Shown here: positions 1-12,775 of the stretch, one piece after another
Layout: each line of letters starts with the position of its first letter
Numbering within the stretch: the stretch's first letter is position 1
Source of the DNA: Octopus vulgaris
Taxonomy: Eukaryota
Assembly (NCBI GenBank): GCA_951406725.2
Contig: OX597818.1
Coordinates: 106,144,001 to 106,208,000, forward strand
DNA length: 64,000 nt
Direction: 5' to 3'
Program-made: the position numbers and the translations under genes
The notes under the pieces: model-generated
Database searches by the model: none
What the model was told of the DNA's origin: nothing
The model's input: the letters and a program-made list of their open reading frames with translations, nothing else

Positions 1-639
1 GTATTAATCTACCAAAGGAAAAAGGGTAAGCTTATTCATTTTTCATGTTGTAAATGTGGTTAAATGCAGAGTTTGCCCCTCTGATATCCTGTTTTTTTAT
101 TTCCTTCATCGTTCAGTCTTGTAGAAATAATTTTCTTTTTTCCACCTTTGATAAAAAAATTTTTTTAAATTGATCATATTCCTGCTTGCATTGTATTTTT
201 TTTATTTCTGAGAATAGTCAATGACTTGGTAAAGAAGTCAATAGGTATACAAACATACTTAGAGGAATCTTAGATATTGTTACAGAGAAACTTTAGTGTA
301 CAAATGATATAATAGATCAATCAGGGATTAAGTCCAGTATAGTCAGGCTTGAAAACACAAATTTTCTGCAAAAAAATTAACACCACAAAGAAGGAAAAAT
401 AGCGTACATCACAGACCATTGTTATTTCAAGACGCTCCTGTTCTGAAAGTTTCCATAATCTCAGAAATTTTGCAATGTGGAGCAAGTCTGGTTTCGTCCA
501 CTTTCTCTCGCCCAAAATCCAATGTATTTGTGAATTTTTTTTTTTCCTTTTTTGAGACAGGCTTTGGCAATTTATGACATTGCATGCCAACAAGTTCCTT
601 AAAGCATTCACTCAAAACATACAGAAATAATTGCATTAC

Positions 640-742
640 CAACACTGACTTTGGACGCTCAGAAGAAGTAACAGCTGAGGTGGCTGCAGCTCTCACGTTC
701 CGACTGAATTCACCCACCTTCGCAGAATATAATCACAAAACC
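640..742 (-). other. Candidate non-coding exon of a divergently transcribed gene
   Basis: On the - strand a polypyrimidine tract ending tttatttgcag (AG at 744-743) and a donor TTG|gtaatg at 639 bracket 103 nt with stops in all three frames. A CpG-richer region lies upstream (~1090-1910). Confidence 0.35.
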
Positions 743-1089
743 CTGCAAATAAACTAAAAAAGACATCTTAATCAGGTTGTCAAAGGGTTACCCCAGCATA
801 CACTACACCTGTAGTTTCGTATTTATTACTAAGTAGCTCTGCGTAAAGTTTCGTAGCCATTCGTTAGTGTTTCGGTGACACTGTTATTGTTTATAGTTTA
901 TCTCAAGTCATGTTTATTTGTTGATATATTTTTAAATATGGAAATTTAGGCTTAGAAAATAATATTCTGAGTAAGTGGAAATTTTTTTTGAAATACGAGA
1001 TTGCTCACGTTCAGTTTAGTGAGATTTTTCTCATATTATAGCTAAGTTACGCTATACACAAAAAAAATTAACGGAGACCCAACGAAAGA

Positions 1090-1910
1090 TTTATTCAGTT
1101 AAATAAATACACGAAGGCGACAGCGGCTGGTTAAAAAGGAAACCTGCTTCCACGGAAGTCGAGCTCACTGGCCGGCCCGCAGCGAAGTTCCTGTATTCTG
1201 TTTGTCTAGCGTAAATCCTTGGAATTTACCCTACATACAACTTCCCCACGCCGAACTGTTGACTGTCATTGTTGGAACCAAGAAGGCGTTTTAACTGCCC
1301 TGCTTGTGTGTGTGGGCACTTTAGCTCTTTGGTGACTGTTTCTTGCCAAGGGTTTGTGTGATTTGCCTGGGGCGGTCCCTGTTTGGTGGTTCAGCTACTT
1401 GGACGGTTTCAACCCATCGATGGAAACTGTATCTTGTCATCCGCCAATTAGGAGTTGGAGCGATTTGTCAGCCGGAAATATGACTTCAGATGAGTCATTG
1501 TAGGGTGACTGGAGGGTTTTTTGTTGTGTATCATGTCGAACTGACCCAAAGTTAGCCGTGCGGAGGTCGTTTGGTAGAGATTATCTGGGTGTACCATGTG
1601 TTGACATGGGAATGCAACTGGCCCACAGTCTCTCACTTGCACGAGGTACCTTTCGGCCGAAATCAAGAAAGTACAGTGCCGCTTTTATTCTTTCTTCCTC
1701 TCTTGTCAGCTCAGTGTAATCTCTACTCTTTCTCTCTCTACTAGCAGACCGCAAATTCCTCACTATCGATTACCAACCTGTCGGCGAACCTTTTGTCACT
1801 GTCACTACGATTATTGCTGTCTTACTAACTACTTTCCGGACAAAAAAAAAAAAATTAATAATCCTTCTTTTTGTGGTGTGATATATCCACCCGGCATAAG
1901 AGCCCTTATG
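1090..1910. promoter_or_regulatory. CpG/GC-enriched promoter-like island
   Basis: Visibly more CpG than the flanks. ETS-like CCGGAA (~1472) and TTCCGG (~1835) and AP-1-like TGAGTCA (~1491). No transposon similarity recognised. Confidence 0.4.
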
Positions 1911-2312
1911 CACCGCAGAAACATCAACTTGATGGACTTAAAAGAATTACTGCATTCTGATTATACTTGTTCCATTAGCCGCTACAATATGATTGTTTTC
2001 GCAATTTAACAAACAGTAATTTTGTTTATATATTAAAACCTGCCTAAATTAAGGTTCAATGTCGCTAATTTCTTTGTTATTTTTTTCATTTAAATTAAAG
2101 CCGATGCTAATCCAACTTAAGAAACAAGAAACATTATACATTGAGCAGTATATATATCATTATCTATATTCTTTTTGTTAAATTTTAGCTATAAAAAAAA
2201 AATTAATACGGTATCTTTATTTGTCTTCAATATTAGGACACTTCATTGTCAAATAAGTAGGAATTAATTAGTAGGAAAAACAAAGCAACACTGGATAGGA
2301 CTCCGATTTAGT

Positions 2313-2559
2313 TGTTTACCTTGGTAGTCATAGCAACATCATTAACACAGCTATTCAGCAGATAATTTATTATAGAGTGGGGAAAAAAATAACATACTTC
2401 GATATATTTGTTTGAGACTAACTTGAATCTCTTATTTAATTTATAAATTTAAAAAAATGATAAACGTTTCTATTTAAAACTTATTCCTAAATAATTTTGA
2501 TATTAAAAAAATCCCACAGCAACATGTTTCTATGACAACAAATATTTATATTACCGTTA
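2313..2559 (+). promoter_or_regulatory. Ciliary-gene promoter: RFX X-boxes with forkhead and MYB-like sites
   Basis: GTTTCTATGACAAC (2526-2539) and GTAGTCATAGCAAC (2324-2337) fit the X-box consensus. TGTTTAC (2313-2319, forkhead) and ACCGTTA (2553-2559, MYB-like) are adjacent. The cluster lies just upstream of a strong splice donor at 2619. Confidence 0.6.
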
Positions 2560-2618
2560 ACAAACTTTGAATGTTTATTTTTTTTCCTAGTTTTTGTTTT
2601 TTTTTTCTTTAACATAAG
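2540..2618 (+). other. ROPN1L: Probable 5'UTR exon of ROPN1L (start uncertain)
   Basis: Perfect donor AAG|GTAAGT at 2618/2619. The first coding exon has a splice acceptor 14 nt before its ATG, so an upstream non-coding exon is expected. Confidence 0.5.
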
Positions 2619-3429
2619 GTAAGTCTTAATTTGTTAGTGTATATTATACAAGATTGAGTATATATTCAGTTTATACACTTATAAAATTTAGCAAAATGCG
2701 TATCAATTTTACTGAAACATCCTCTCAGCAAAAGCATTAACAGAAAAACGGCATTTGTTACTTTTCAGTAATTAATTATTTACAATGTATTTTAAATATT
2801 TTTTATCCTCGCCTATAATTTATATCTAATTTTTATTTTGTACCAACGCCTTCAAATTCATATTTGAAAAATTTTCCGAATTTTCACATCAGCTTTTTAC
2901 GTATCATTTATACATACACATGCAATAGGTGCGAATATATGTGTACACACACACACACGTCCTTTCATGTGGGTAAGGATGAATTCTTGCCCGCATGAAA
3001 GGAAGTACATTCTATCATACCTGCGCGCCCCACCATGACTGTCACCACAAATCCCATGCCTCGACCTTCAGCGAACGACCTTCCACCAATGCCCTTAAGC
3101 CCGACAAAAAGAGTTTGACCAAAGCACCCATGTACACACACGCACACACCACTATAAGACAGAAACCCCACAAAATAAACTGTCTCCCACCACCCCAACA
3201 CACCCCTTCACACAAATTATACCCCCCACATATACATAGACACCACACACACACACACATTACACACTGAATGCCAACATCCCCCCCTCCCATGCCTTTA
3301 TCGTTTACAGAGAGAAAACAGACCAACAAACACAGCTATATATACTTACATCCTTGGAAATAAATTATACATATAACACCGTTACACATAACACACCCCA
3401 TTCCCACAGGGGCATAACATTAATAATAC

Positions 3430-4020
3430 ACACTTTCTCCACTTGAAGATAACTTTTGGCCCCTTTTCTTTCCACAGCAGCCACTGATCGGTTGTGCTAA
3501 TCCATGTGCATATTGCCAAAATGCCAACACTGTGCAGGTGAATAACTGGATGTTTCGTTAAATCATTCAGAACCAGAAATAAGGATACATTGCCACTCCT
3601 ATGGAGGACATTTATCCTCAATTATCTGGATTATGACTCCTGACTGTGGTTAGCACAAAGCATAAAATTGGAGGCAGATGTTGAGGCAATCCAGCACCAC
3701 TACACAAAGAAGGTTTAGCCGGTGAAACAGATGGGCTACTGGGAGAGGCTACAAGAACTGAAGCTCTATTCCCTGGAGAGGAGGTGGGAAAGGTATGCAG
3801 TGATATACATATGGAAGGTCTAGCTGCCAGCTTTGGAATTAAAAGCTATACCAACCACTAAACTGGATGGCACTGCATACTGCCAAAGATACCACCTTCT
3901 TCATCTCAGATAAGGACCCAGTATTGCAAAAGCTTGGGTTTCAGGGAACTACAGCTGTTTAACATCCTGCCAAGGAACCTAAGAACTCTGCAAGGTGTAG
4001 AAACGCAAGATAAACCCACA
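3430..4020 (+). mobile_element. Decayed CR1/L2-group LINE, RT C-terminal part
   Basis: Translates to ..EAIQHHYTKKV..YWERLQELKLYSLERRWERYAVIYIWKV... Shares agcttgggtttcaggg..cagctgtttaacatcctgccaaggaacct with the fragment at 63489-63858. Confidence 0.6.
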
Positions 4021-4270
4021 TCATGGCAGGAGGCATCCAACTCACTTCTCTAAAAACCATACCAAAAGGAGACCCAAAAACACTGGAAGGCAGTGCTCCA
4101 GCATGGCTCCATCCTCTGGCTGAATCCAGTGAAAGAACAAAAGAACATACATACATACAGACAGGCTTTTCAATTCGTCTAAGTGTCAAACTAACACACC
4201 AGCTTGTTGTTCCCTCACTTGTCTTTGTCATTCGTTTCCTGTACATTGGAACTATACATATATATTATAT

Positions 4271-4304
<34 letters not shown>

Positions 4305-4308
<4 letters not shown>

Positions 4309-6812
4309 GCAGATGATGCAAAATCTCTTCCAGACCTACAGTTACGTGGTGGTGGAATAGTACAGTAGACAAAGCCATTAGAGCAAAGAAACAGGCCTGG
4401 AAAGCCTGGAGTGATGGGGGTAGCAGGGAATTGTACCAGGTAGCCAAAAGGGAGGCTGGGCAGCAGGTACACATAGCCAAGAGCAAAGCGGAAAAGAAGA
4501 AGTTTGCTAATGTCCAGCGACGTGAGGACCAAAGAACTAAGGTATTTCGGATTGCAAGACAGTGTGTGAGAGAAAATTGTGATGTCTCAGGAGAGAAATG
4601 CCCCCACATGGATGATGGTGCACTTGCTTTGAATGTATCTGAAAAGAAAGAAGCTTGGAGAAGCCATTATGAGAGACTGCTGAATATGAGAAAGAATGGG
4701 AGGAGAGCCTGCCGAATGTTGACCCAGTAGAAGGACCAGCTATCCCAATAGACAGTTCCTTTGTAGATAAAGCAATTAAGGGTATGAAGCTAGGAAAAGC
4801 CACCGGCCCATCAGGAATCACTGCCGAGATGCTTAAAACATCTGGTGGTGTGGGCTATGGCTTAGTCACCCGCATTGTAAACCAGGTAGTTCATAATGGA
4901 GTCATACCCAATGACTGGCATAGCAGCACCATAGTCAACTGCTACAAGGGTAAAGGTGATGCTCTAGATAGAAATAACTACAGGGTATTAAACTGTTGGA
5001 TCAGGTGATGAAGGTCACAGAGAGGATCATAGTGCATCTCATTAGGGAGAGACTCTGCTTAGATGAGATGCAGTTCGGTTTTGTGCCAGGTAGAAACACC
5101 ACTGATGCCATATTCCTGGTTCGACAACTGCAGAAGAAATACCTAGCTAAAGATAAACCCCTCTACATAGCTTTCGTGGACTTGGAGAAAGCCTTTGACA
5201 GGGTCCCCCAATACCTTACCTGATGGGTGATGCAGAAACTGGAGATTGACGAATGGTTAATAAAGGCTGTACAGGCCCTATACAGAGAGGCCATCATCAA
5301 GGTTAGGATTGGCAATGAGTATAGTGAAGAATTTTGGGTAGAATTAGGGGTCCACCAAGGTTCAGCCCTCAGTCCCCTTTTATTCATCATGGTCCTCCAG
5401 GCAATAACAGAGGAATTCAAGACGGGTTGCCCCTGGGAGCTCCTCTATGCTGATGATCTGGCCCTCATAGCAGAATCACTACCGCAACTAGGAAAGAAAT
5501 TTTGGATGTGGAAGCTAGGTTTATAATCAAAAGGCCTTAGAGTCAATGTAGCAAAAACCAAAGTTCTAGTAAGTAAGAAGGCAAACACACCACACACCCA
5601 TTCAGGTAGGTGGGCCTGCTCAGTCTGTAGAAAAGGTGTAGGTAAAAACTCCATAAGATGTACCTAGTGTAAGCTATGGACACATAAGAGGTGCAGCAAT
5701 ATCAAAGGAAAATTAACCGAGAAGATAGCTTTCGTGTGTGGCAGATGCACAGGGGCAATAGACACCACTGATACTCAGAAAACAGATTCCATTACACTCC
5801 TGGAGGAGAAACTAGAAGTAGTTGATAGCTTCCGCTAACTAGCTGATCAAGTTAGTAGTGGGGGTGGATGCTCAGAAAGTGTTACCACTAGAATAAGAAT
5901 AGCCTGGGCAAAGTTTAGAAAGCTCCTACCCCTACTGGTGACAAAGAGTAGATTGTACGACTCGTGTGTGCGAACTGCCATGCTTCACGGCAGTGAAACA
6001 TGGGCTGTGACTGCAGAGGACATGCGTAGGCTTGAAAGAAATGAAGCTAGCATGATCCACTGGATGTGTAATGTCAGTGTGCACACACGACAGAGTGTAA
6101 ATGCCCTGAGAGAAATGCTGGACATAAGAAACATTTGATGTGTCGTGCAAGAGAGACATCTGCGCTGTTATGGTCATGTACTACGGATGGATGAGGAGAG
6201 ATGTGTAAAGAAGTACCACTCCCATTCAGTTGAAGGAATCCGGGGTAGAGGTAGACCCTGGAAGACATGGGATGAGGTGGTGAAGCATGACTTTCGAACA
6301 TTGGGCCTCACAGAGGCAATGACGAAATACTGTGACTGTGAAGACCTGACAATTGAAGTGAGTTCATGGCTCGCAGGACAGCCTACTGTGCTTACCTTGG
6401 ATCGTAGGGCGACCTAATGTGCTTGAAGAGACTTATTGAATCAAGTACATCAACATCAAAATAAAAATCAAATGAAAATTGTAGTTGTGATACCCGTGCT
6501 GGTGGCATGTAAAACACACCATCTGAACGTGGTGAGTGCCAGCGCCGCCTTGACTGGCGTCCGTGCTGGTGGAACGTAAAAAGCACCAACCGACCGTGGA
6601 CGTTGCCAGCCTCCTCTGGCCCCTGTCCTGGTGGCACGTAAAAAGCACCCACTACACTCACGGACTGGTTGGCATTAGGAAGGGCATCCAGCTGTAGAAA
6701 CACTGCCAGATCAGACTGGAGCCTGGTGCAGCCTCCTGGCTTCCCAGACCCCAGTCATCCATCCAACCCATGCTAACATGGAAAACAGACGTTAAACAAT
6801 GATGATGATGAT
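4305..6812 (+). mobile_element. RTE-clade LINE, 5'-truncated and decayed (copy A)
   Basis: RT motifs QFGF, AFVDLEKAFDRVP, GVHQGSALSP, LYADD and HGSETW across frameshifted ORFs. 3'UTR hairpin repeats and (GAT)n tail at ~6800. Confidence 0.92.
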
Positions 6813-6922
6813 ATTGTATGTGACTTGAGCTGCTTACCTTGCCTTAACATTTACTGTTCTCTTTAATACTTGTATAGATATTTGAGGACAGATTTATGTG
6901 ACATATATATATATATATATAC

Positions 6923-7300
6923 AGGGCATATATAAGGCATTTGAGGACATGGGGTCATTGATGCAGTTTTTGCTAACTCTGTATAATTTTTGTTTCAGAG
7001 AATAATAACGGCAGACCCTCAGCTTACTTAAGAAATGAAGAGGCATGCTGTTATTGTGCTTATAAAGGCTGAGCATCACAATTTAGAAATATCTTGATTT
7101 TTAAAAGTTGCGAAATCTGTCGTCTACAAAGTTTGTTTAGGAGCTAGGGACTGAAGATGGAAACGTATCACTAGAATCAAAGCATAAAAAGCATTCTAAA
7201 CACTGTGAAGTCATCAGAACACCTGAATTTATCCAGCAAGTTCAACAGACCATTGATTACAATCCCAGAAAGTTCAAAGGTCAATTGCAAAAGGTGTTAC
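6923..7300 (+). mobile_element. Tc1/mariner-superfamily 5' fragment (HTH region)
   Basis: MKRHAVIVLIKAEHHNLEIS*FLKVAKSVVYKV.. resembles a transposase N-terminal HTH. Begins after TA; cut off at (TA)n. Confidence 0.55.
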
Positions 7301-7307
7301 TTACTTG

Positions 7308-7354
<47 letters not shown>

Positions 7355-9195
7355 GAAAATGATGCTGAAGTTCAGCGACTGTTGGTTGTAAAGCGCCATT
7401 CCAACAATATATTGCTGTATAGAGGACTTTCAGCTGTGTAATGAAATCTAGCATTTGCTCTCTATAGCAGTGTAAAATCACTGTGATCTCTCAGTAAGAT
7501 GCAGAATACTTGGTGGGAGGTACTTGCTCGTGATGTTCAGGCTGCTGCTGATGCAAATGACAATAAGAAGCTTTACCATCTTATGAAGCGAGTTTATGGG
7601 CCTAACAGCTTTGCATCAGCTCCTTTGCTTTCCAAGGAGTCTTCTACTCTATTTACTAAATCAACAAGAATCACAGGTCGCTGGATTGAACACTTCTCTG
7701 AACTCCTAAGCCATGAGTCAGTTGTAGATGGAATATTGACTGATACTATGCAACAAAGACCTGTCATTTGCTCCTTAAATTCCATACCCTCAATAGATGA
7801 GGTAATGACATCAATTGAATCTTGGTAGGGCACGTGGAAGTAAGTTGAATCTTGGTAGGGCAAGTGGAAGTAAATTAAATCTTAGTAAGGCACCTGGAAG
7901 GGGTGGAATTTGTGCCGAGGTCTTGCGATTTTGGTGGTGATTACATCATACAGTCCCTTCATAAACTTTTTAGTGTAGTCTGGAGGGATGGTGCAATGCC
8001 TAAAGACTGGAAGGATGCAATTATTCTTCCTCTCTATAAAGGAAAAAGGATCCAGAACAATGTGTGGTAGCTACAGAGGTATTGCTCTACTGTCAGCTGC
8101 TGGCAAGGTTCTGGAAAATATTCTTCTTACCCACCTGAATGGGTGTCTCATAAATGATGTCCTTTCTGAATCTCAATGTGGCTTCTGATTTGGTAGAGAG
8201 ACAATGGATATAATATCCATAGCAAGACAGATGCAGGAGAAATGCTATGACAGAATATGGATCTTGTTCAGGTATTCATTGATTTAACCAAGGCCTTTGA
8301 TACATGAATAGAGCCTTGCTATGGAAAATACTTGGCAAACTTGGATGTCCGGATCACTTTGTATCTATAATTAAATTATTTCATGATTGGATGGAGGCTT
8401 CAGTCAGTGCTGGTGTTGGCATGGCAGAACTCATTCTTGTAGAGAATGGTGTCAAGCAGGGTGATATCCTTGCCTAACTCTCTTTTTTGGTACTTTGCTG
8501 CTGCTTTTACTCGTGCTTTTGCTAAGGTTAGCTCTCTGGGAATATATGTCAGATATCAATCTTCTGGCCGTCTCTTTAATCTGTGCTGATTTGCTGCCAA
8601 TTCAAAAGTTTTCCCGACTCTTATTCGTGACCTCCTTTATGCAGATTACTGTGACTTAGTCACTCATGCATGGATTACTTATGAATCGTATTTCTACTTC
8701 TTGCAAGACATTTGGACTTAGCATTAGCCTGGAAAAGATTGTTATAATGTTCCAGCCTGCACCAGGAAATCCATATGTGGAACCAGCTATCTTGATTGAA
8801 GGAACAATATTGAAAGTGGTAGACAAGTTTGTCTACCTGGGCAGCATACTCAGCTGTTCTTGCTCCCTGGATGATGAAATATCTTTCAGGCTGTAGAGAG
8901 CAACTGATTCCTTCTTGTCTCTTCAGTCTTGAGTTTGGTCCCAACATGGCATCACAAGGCGAATAAACATTGCTGTGTACTGACATTGTTCCATTACTTA
9001 TGTGAGACATGGATCCTTTCCAAACGTCATGTAAGGGTCCTTGAATGCTTTCATCAGATGTCTCAGACACATTCTGAATGTTGGCTGGACCTTAAAAACT
9101 CCAGACACACAGGTCCTGAGGAAAGCTGATATCTTGAGTATTGAGGCGATGGTTTCACAAGCACCAGTTACATTGGACTGGACACCTTATAGAAT
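7355..9195 (+). mobile_element. Decayed RTE-BovB-type LINE
   Basis: SYRGIALLSAAGKVLENILL..ESQCGF, FIDLTKAFD, NGVKQG, LLYADY(D) and VVDKFVYLGS; many stops and frameshifts. A different family from copy A. Confidence 0.85.
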
Positions 9196-9199
9196 GAAC

Positions 9200-10495
9200 C
9201 ACAAATCCCTTCAGTTAGATGGCCCTGCTCGATCTGTAGAAAAGGCATAGGTAGAAACTCTATAAGATGTACCAGTGTAAGCTATGGACACATAAGAGCT
9301 GCAGCTATATCAAAGGAAGGCTAACTGGGAAGATACTGAAAATGTGAAGAGAACAACTTCCGTCACTTTCCAGGGGAAAAAACTAGAAGTAGTTGATAGC
9401 TTCCATTATCTAGTAGACCAAGTCAGTAGCGGGGGTGGGTGTGCTGAAAGTGTAACTGCTAGAGTAAGAATAGCCTGGGCAAAGTTCAGGGAGCTCTTAC
9501 CTCTGCTGGTGACAAAGGGCCTCTCGCTCAGAGTAAAAGGTAGACTGTATGAAGCATGTGTACGAACAGCCATGCTACATGGCAGTGAAACATGGCTGTG
9601 ACTGCTGAGGACATACGTAAGCTCGCAAGGAATGAAGCCAGTATGATCTGAAGGATGTGTAATGTCAGTGTGCATACTCGACAGAGTGTAAGTACCTTGA
9701 GAGAAATGTTGGACCTAAGAAGCATCAGATGTAGTGTGCAAGAGAGACGACTGTGCTGGTATGGTCATGTGGCGAGAATGGATGAGGATAGCTGTGTGAA
9801 AAAGTGCCACACTCAAGCAATTGAGGGAACCTGTGGAAGAGGTAAATCCAGGAAGACCTGGGATGAAGTGGTGAAGCATGACCTTTGAACATTAGGGCTC
9901 ACCAAGGCAATGACTAGTGACTGAGACTTTTGGAAATATGCTGTGCTTGAGAAGTTTCAGCAAGCCAAATGAGATCATAACCTCATTGCCTATGCTAGGG
10001 GTGTAACCAGCCCACTTATGTGTACCTTCCTTTCATTGGACACTGCTTTCGAAGACCTGTTGAGGCAAGTGAAATCGAAATCAAATTCGATGACTGGCAT
10101 CCATGCTATTGGGGCACTAAGAGCACCATCCGAGCATGATCATTGCTAGAGCTGCTATCTGGCGTTCATGCCAGTGGCACGTAAAAAGCACCATTCAAGC
10201 GTTATCGTTACCAGCGTTGCCTTACTGGCACTTGTGCCGGTGTGCAGTTGGCATGTAAATAAAAACTTTTGGGTGTGGCCATTGCCAGTACCGCCTGACT
10301 GGCCCTCATGCCAGTGGCACATAAATGCACCCACTACATTCTTGGAGTGGTTGGCGTTAGGAAGGGCATCCAGCTGTAGAAACTCTGCCAGATCAAGATT
10401 GGAGCCTGGTGCAGCCATCTGGTTCGCCAGTCCTCAGTCAAATTGTCCAACCCATGCCAGCATGGAAAGCGGACGCTAAGTGATTATGATGATGA
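9200..10495 (+). mobile_element. RTE LINE 3' fragment (copy B)
   Basis: KLEVVDSFHYL..AMLHGSETW and RLCWYGHVARM; 3'UTR repeats and gatgatgat tail. Confidence 0.9.
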
Positions 10496-10565
10496 TATAT
10501 ATATACATATACACTCAATCACACACATACATACATACACACACATACACACACATATATATAAA

Positions 10566-10784
10566 GGGTGTGTGTTGTGCTCTTGAGCAAAACACTCCAT
10601 TTCATGTTGCTCCAGTTCACTCAGCTTTAGAAATGAGTTACAATGTTACTGGTACCAAGCTGTATCAGCATTTGCCTTTCCCTTAGGTAAAAACTGTGGC
10701 ATGGAGAGGGGGCACTGCTGGACTTGTGCCTCGAATGGTAACTTTCTAGGTGTGATCCAATGGTCATTCATGATTGAAGTGGGG

Positions 10785-10787
<3 letters not shown>
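10566..10787 (+). mobile_element. SINE body fragment
   Basis: Clearly similar to the body of the tRNA-SINE at 51968-52300 (tgtgttgtg..catttcatgttgctccagttcac..ggtcattcatga). Confidence 0.7.
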
Positions 10788-10837
<50 letters not shown>

Positions 10838-10840
<3 letters not shown>

Positions 10841-11175
10841 TGATGTCATGTAACAGGCACCCTTTCTAGTGGCACGTAAAAAGCACCCTTGGAATTTTGG
10901 GCCTCATGGAGGTGATCACTGAGACTTTTGGCGATATGCTGTGCTTGAGAAGACTTGTCGAGCCGAGTGGACTCACAGTTGTGACTGATGCTGGTGTTAC
11001 ATAACTGGCACCCATGCCATCAGCACACAAAAAGCACCAGTTGTTGGGGTTAGGAAGGGTGTCCAGCTATAGGAACCATGCCAAATCAGATTGGAACCTG
11101 GTGCAGCTCTCCAGCTTACCAGTTTCAGTCAAACTGTCTAACCCATACCAGCATGGAAAGCAGACACTAAATGAA
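10838..11175 (+). mobile_element. RTE 3'UTR fragment
   Basis: gtggcacgtaaaaagcacc repeat and ttaggaagggtgtccagct..cagcatggaaagcagac terminal motif. Confidence 0.75.
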
Positions 11176-11753
11176 ATGAGGATATCTATATACAGTTGTC
11201 TCTTTGTTCGTATGGTACTCAACTTTGATGGTTTTCTTTCAGCATATTTGTTTTTACATCTATTAGAAATGCCAATAGTAGAACTAGAATAAGAAACAGA
11301 GAGAAGGCTGGAGCTAGGATGATTGAAGGATCTTTATAATTTTGAAATACACATCATACATACATAGTAAAATTATGGGATCAATGGAAATGCTGTATTA
11401 TTTTGGAGAGAAGGAAATGCCAAAAAAATTTCATTTATGTATAAATGTGTTTAGTGAAGAACTTGTAAGGAAATTTGGAAATATTGTCAATGTAGTCATA
11501 TATATCTTGAACACAATCATATTGTCAATAAAATATATATTCAAAGTAAGTAATAAATGAATTTAAGTAGTTTAAGAATATATATTTTACATAAATAAGA
11601 AATAAAATTATAAAAAAAATATCATGTAAAAATTAGTATTAGAGAGTTTATAGCTATCTTAAAAGCAATGAATTATAAAATACAAATTCATAAAAAAAAA
11701 TTTACAAAATTTTACAGAATATTGTAATTTTTTTTCCAGAAGTATTGATAACT

Positions 11754-11893
11754 ATGCCTGTTTCAAATAATGATGAACCTTACTACTGTTCAGAACAAAT
11801 TAAAATACCTCTTGACTTGCCTGACATTATGAAAGAATTCACTAAAGCTGCAATTCGTACCCAACCTAAAGATATACTAGGATGGTCAACTTC
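11754..11893 (+). CDS. ROPN1L: Ropporin-1-like protein, coding exon 1 (RIIa dimerisation/docking domain)
   Basis: Acceptor ttttccag at 11739, ATG 11754, MPVSNNDEPYYCSEQIKIPLDLPDIMKEFTKAAIRTQPKDILGWST, donor gtgagt at 11894 (phase 2). Matches the ropporin signature IP.ELPDILKQFTKAAIRTQP. Confidence 0.95.
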
Positions 11894-12129
11894 GTGAGTT
11901 TCAATTTTTTGTCATTCTTATTTGATATACTCTTTGATGGGACTAAGTGAAAGAATATTTACCAACATAATCATTGCTAATAGTCTGAAGAACTGTTTTA
12001 AAGTAGAATTGTAATTACATCTAAATTACAAGCATCATTGTCATCATCATCAACATTATTGTCATTGTCGTCATCATCGTCATCATCACTTCTCCAGATG
12101 TCTCACTTGATCGAGGGCTTCAGTAGTAC

Positions 12130-12775
12130 TTTGCTCTGATACAAACCCAAACTCTATCTCTTTTAGGCTAATTCTCTTTCTAATCAGTTATGGAATAACC
12201 TTTTGTTTCGTTTATAACTCAGTTCATCACTCTGATATATCTAGCTACTTTTTGTCATGGCATTTCCTTTATTCTTGATACCATTATGTCAGATATCTAG
12301 TATTTCATTCACTAACATGTCTGCTACTTCACCAACAGCTAGTTCTTTTTTCCACTTTCTTCCAGGCTTTTTTATTCAGTAAATTAACAATTCTATGCTC
12401 CTTTCTTCTCAGCCTCAGTATTCCAGTGCCATTCTGCACACACTTTTTTATATTGATGTCTTAATTCAAACTGACATATAAACTTGCAAAATGGAACAGT
12501 TCATGTTTCTGATTTTCTCATAGCAGAACATTTGTAAACCTCTTACTTACAACTTCACTACAATATTGAAACCTAGTTTTTCTTCTCTTAACCTGATATT
12601 GTTTGCTGCTCTCCAATTTCTTCCAGTCTTTCTATACCTGTCTCTTAACACCTGTAACTTTACCATTCCATTCTTAAGTTATCTTCAATTTGGTCTGAAC
12701 CTTGCTTCTACAACAGATCTTGTCTGTGGCTTGCAGCAGGTTGTCTTGTTGCAACTTCCAGTTATACTTTTATAA
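12130..12775 (-). mobile_element. Very old LINE remnant (RTE-like linker region)
   Basis: - strand reads ..WNGKVTGVKRQV*KDWKK..KRFTNVL.., weakly like the RTE linker KKQAWKDWK..KKFANVL. Confidence 0.35.

Noticed and set aside
427-717. 96-aa ORF on the - strand
   Set aside because: Non-ATG start, no recognisable motif, and it runs through a probable splice donor into AT-rich sequence.
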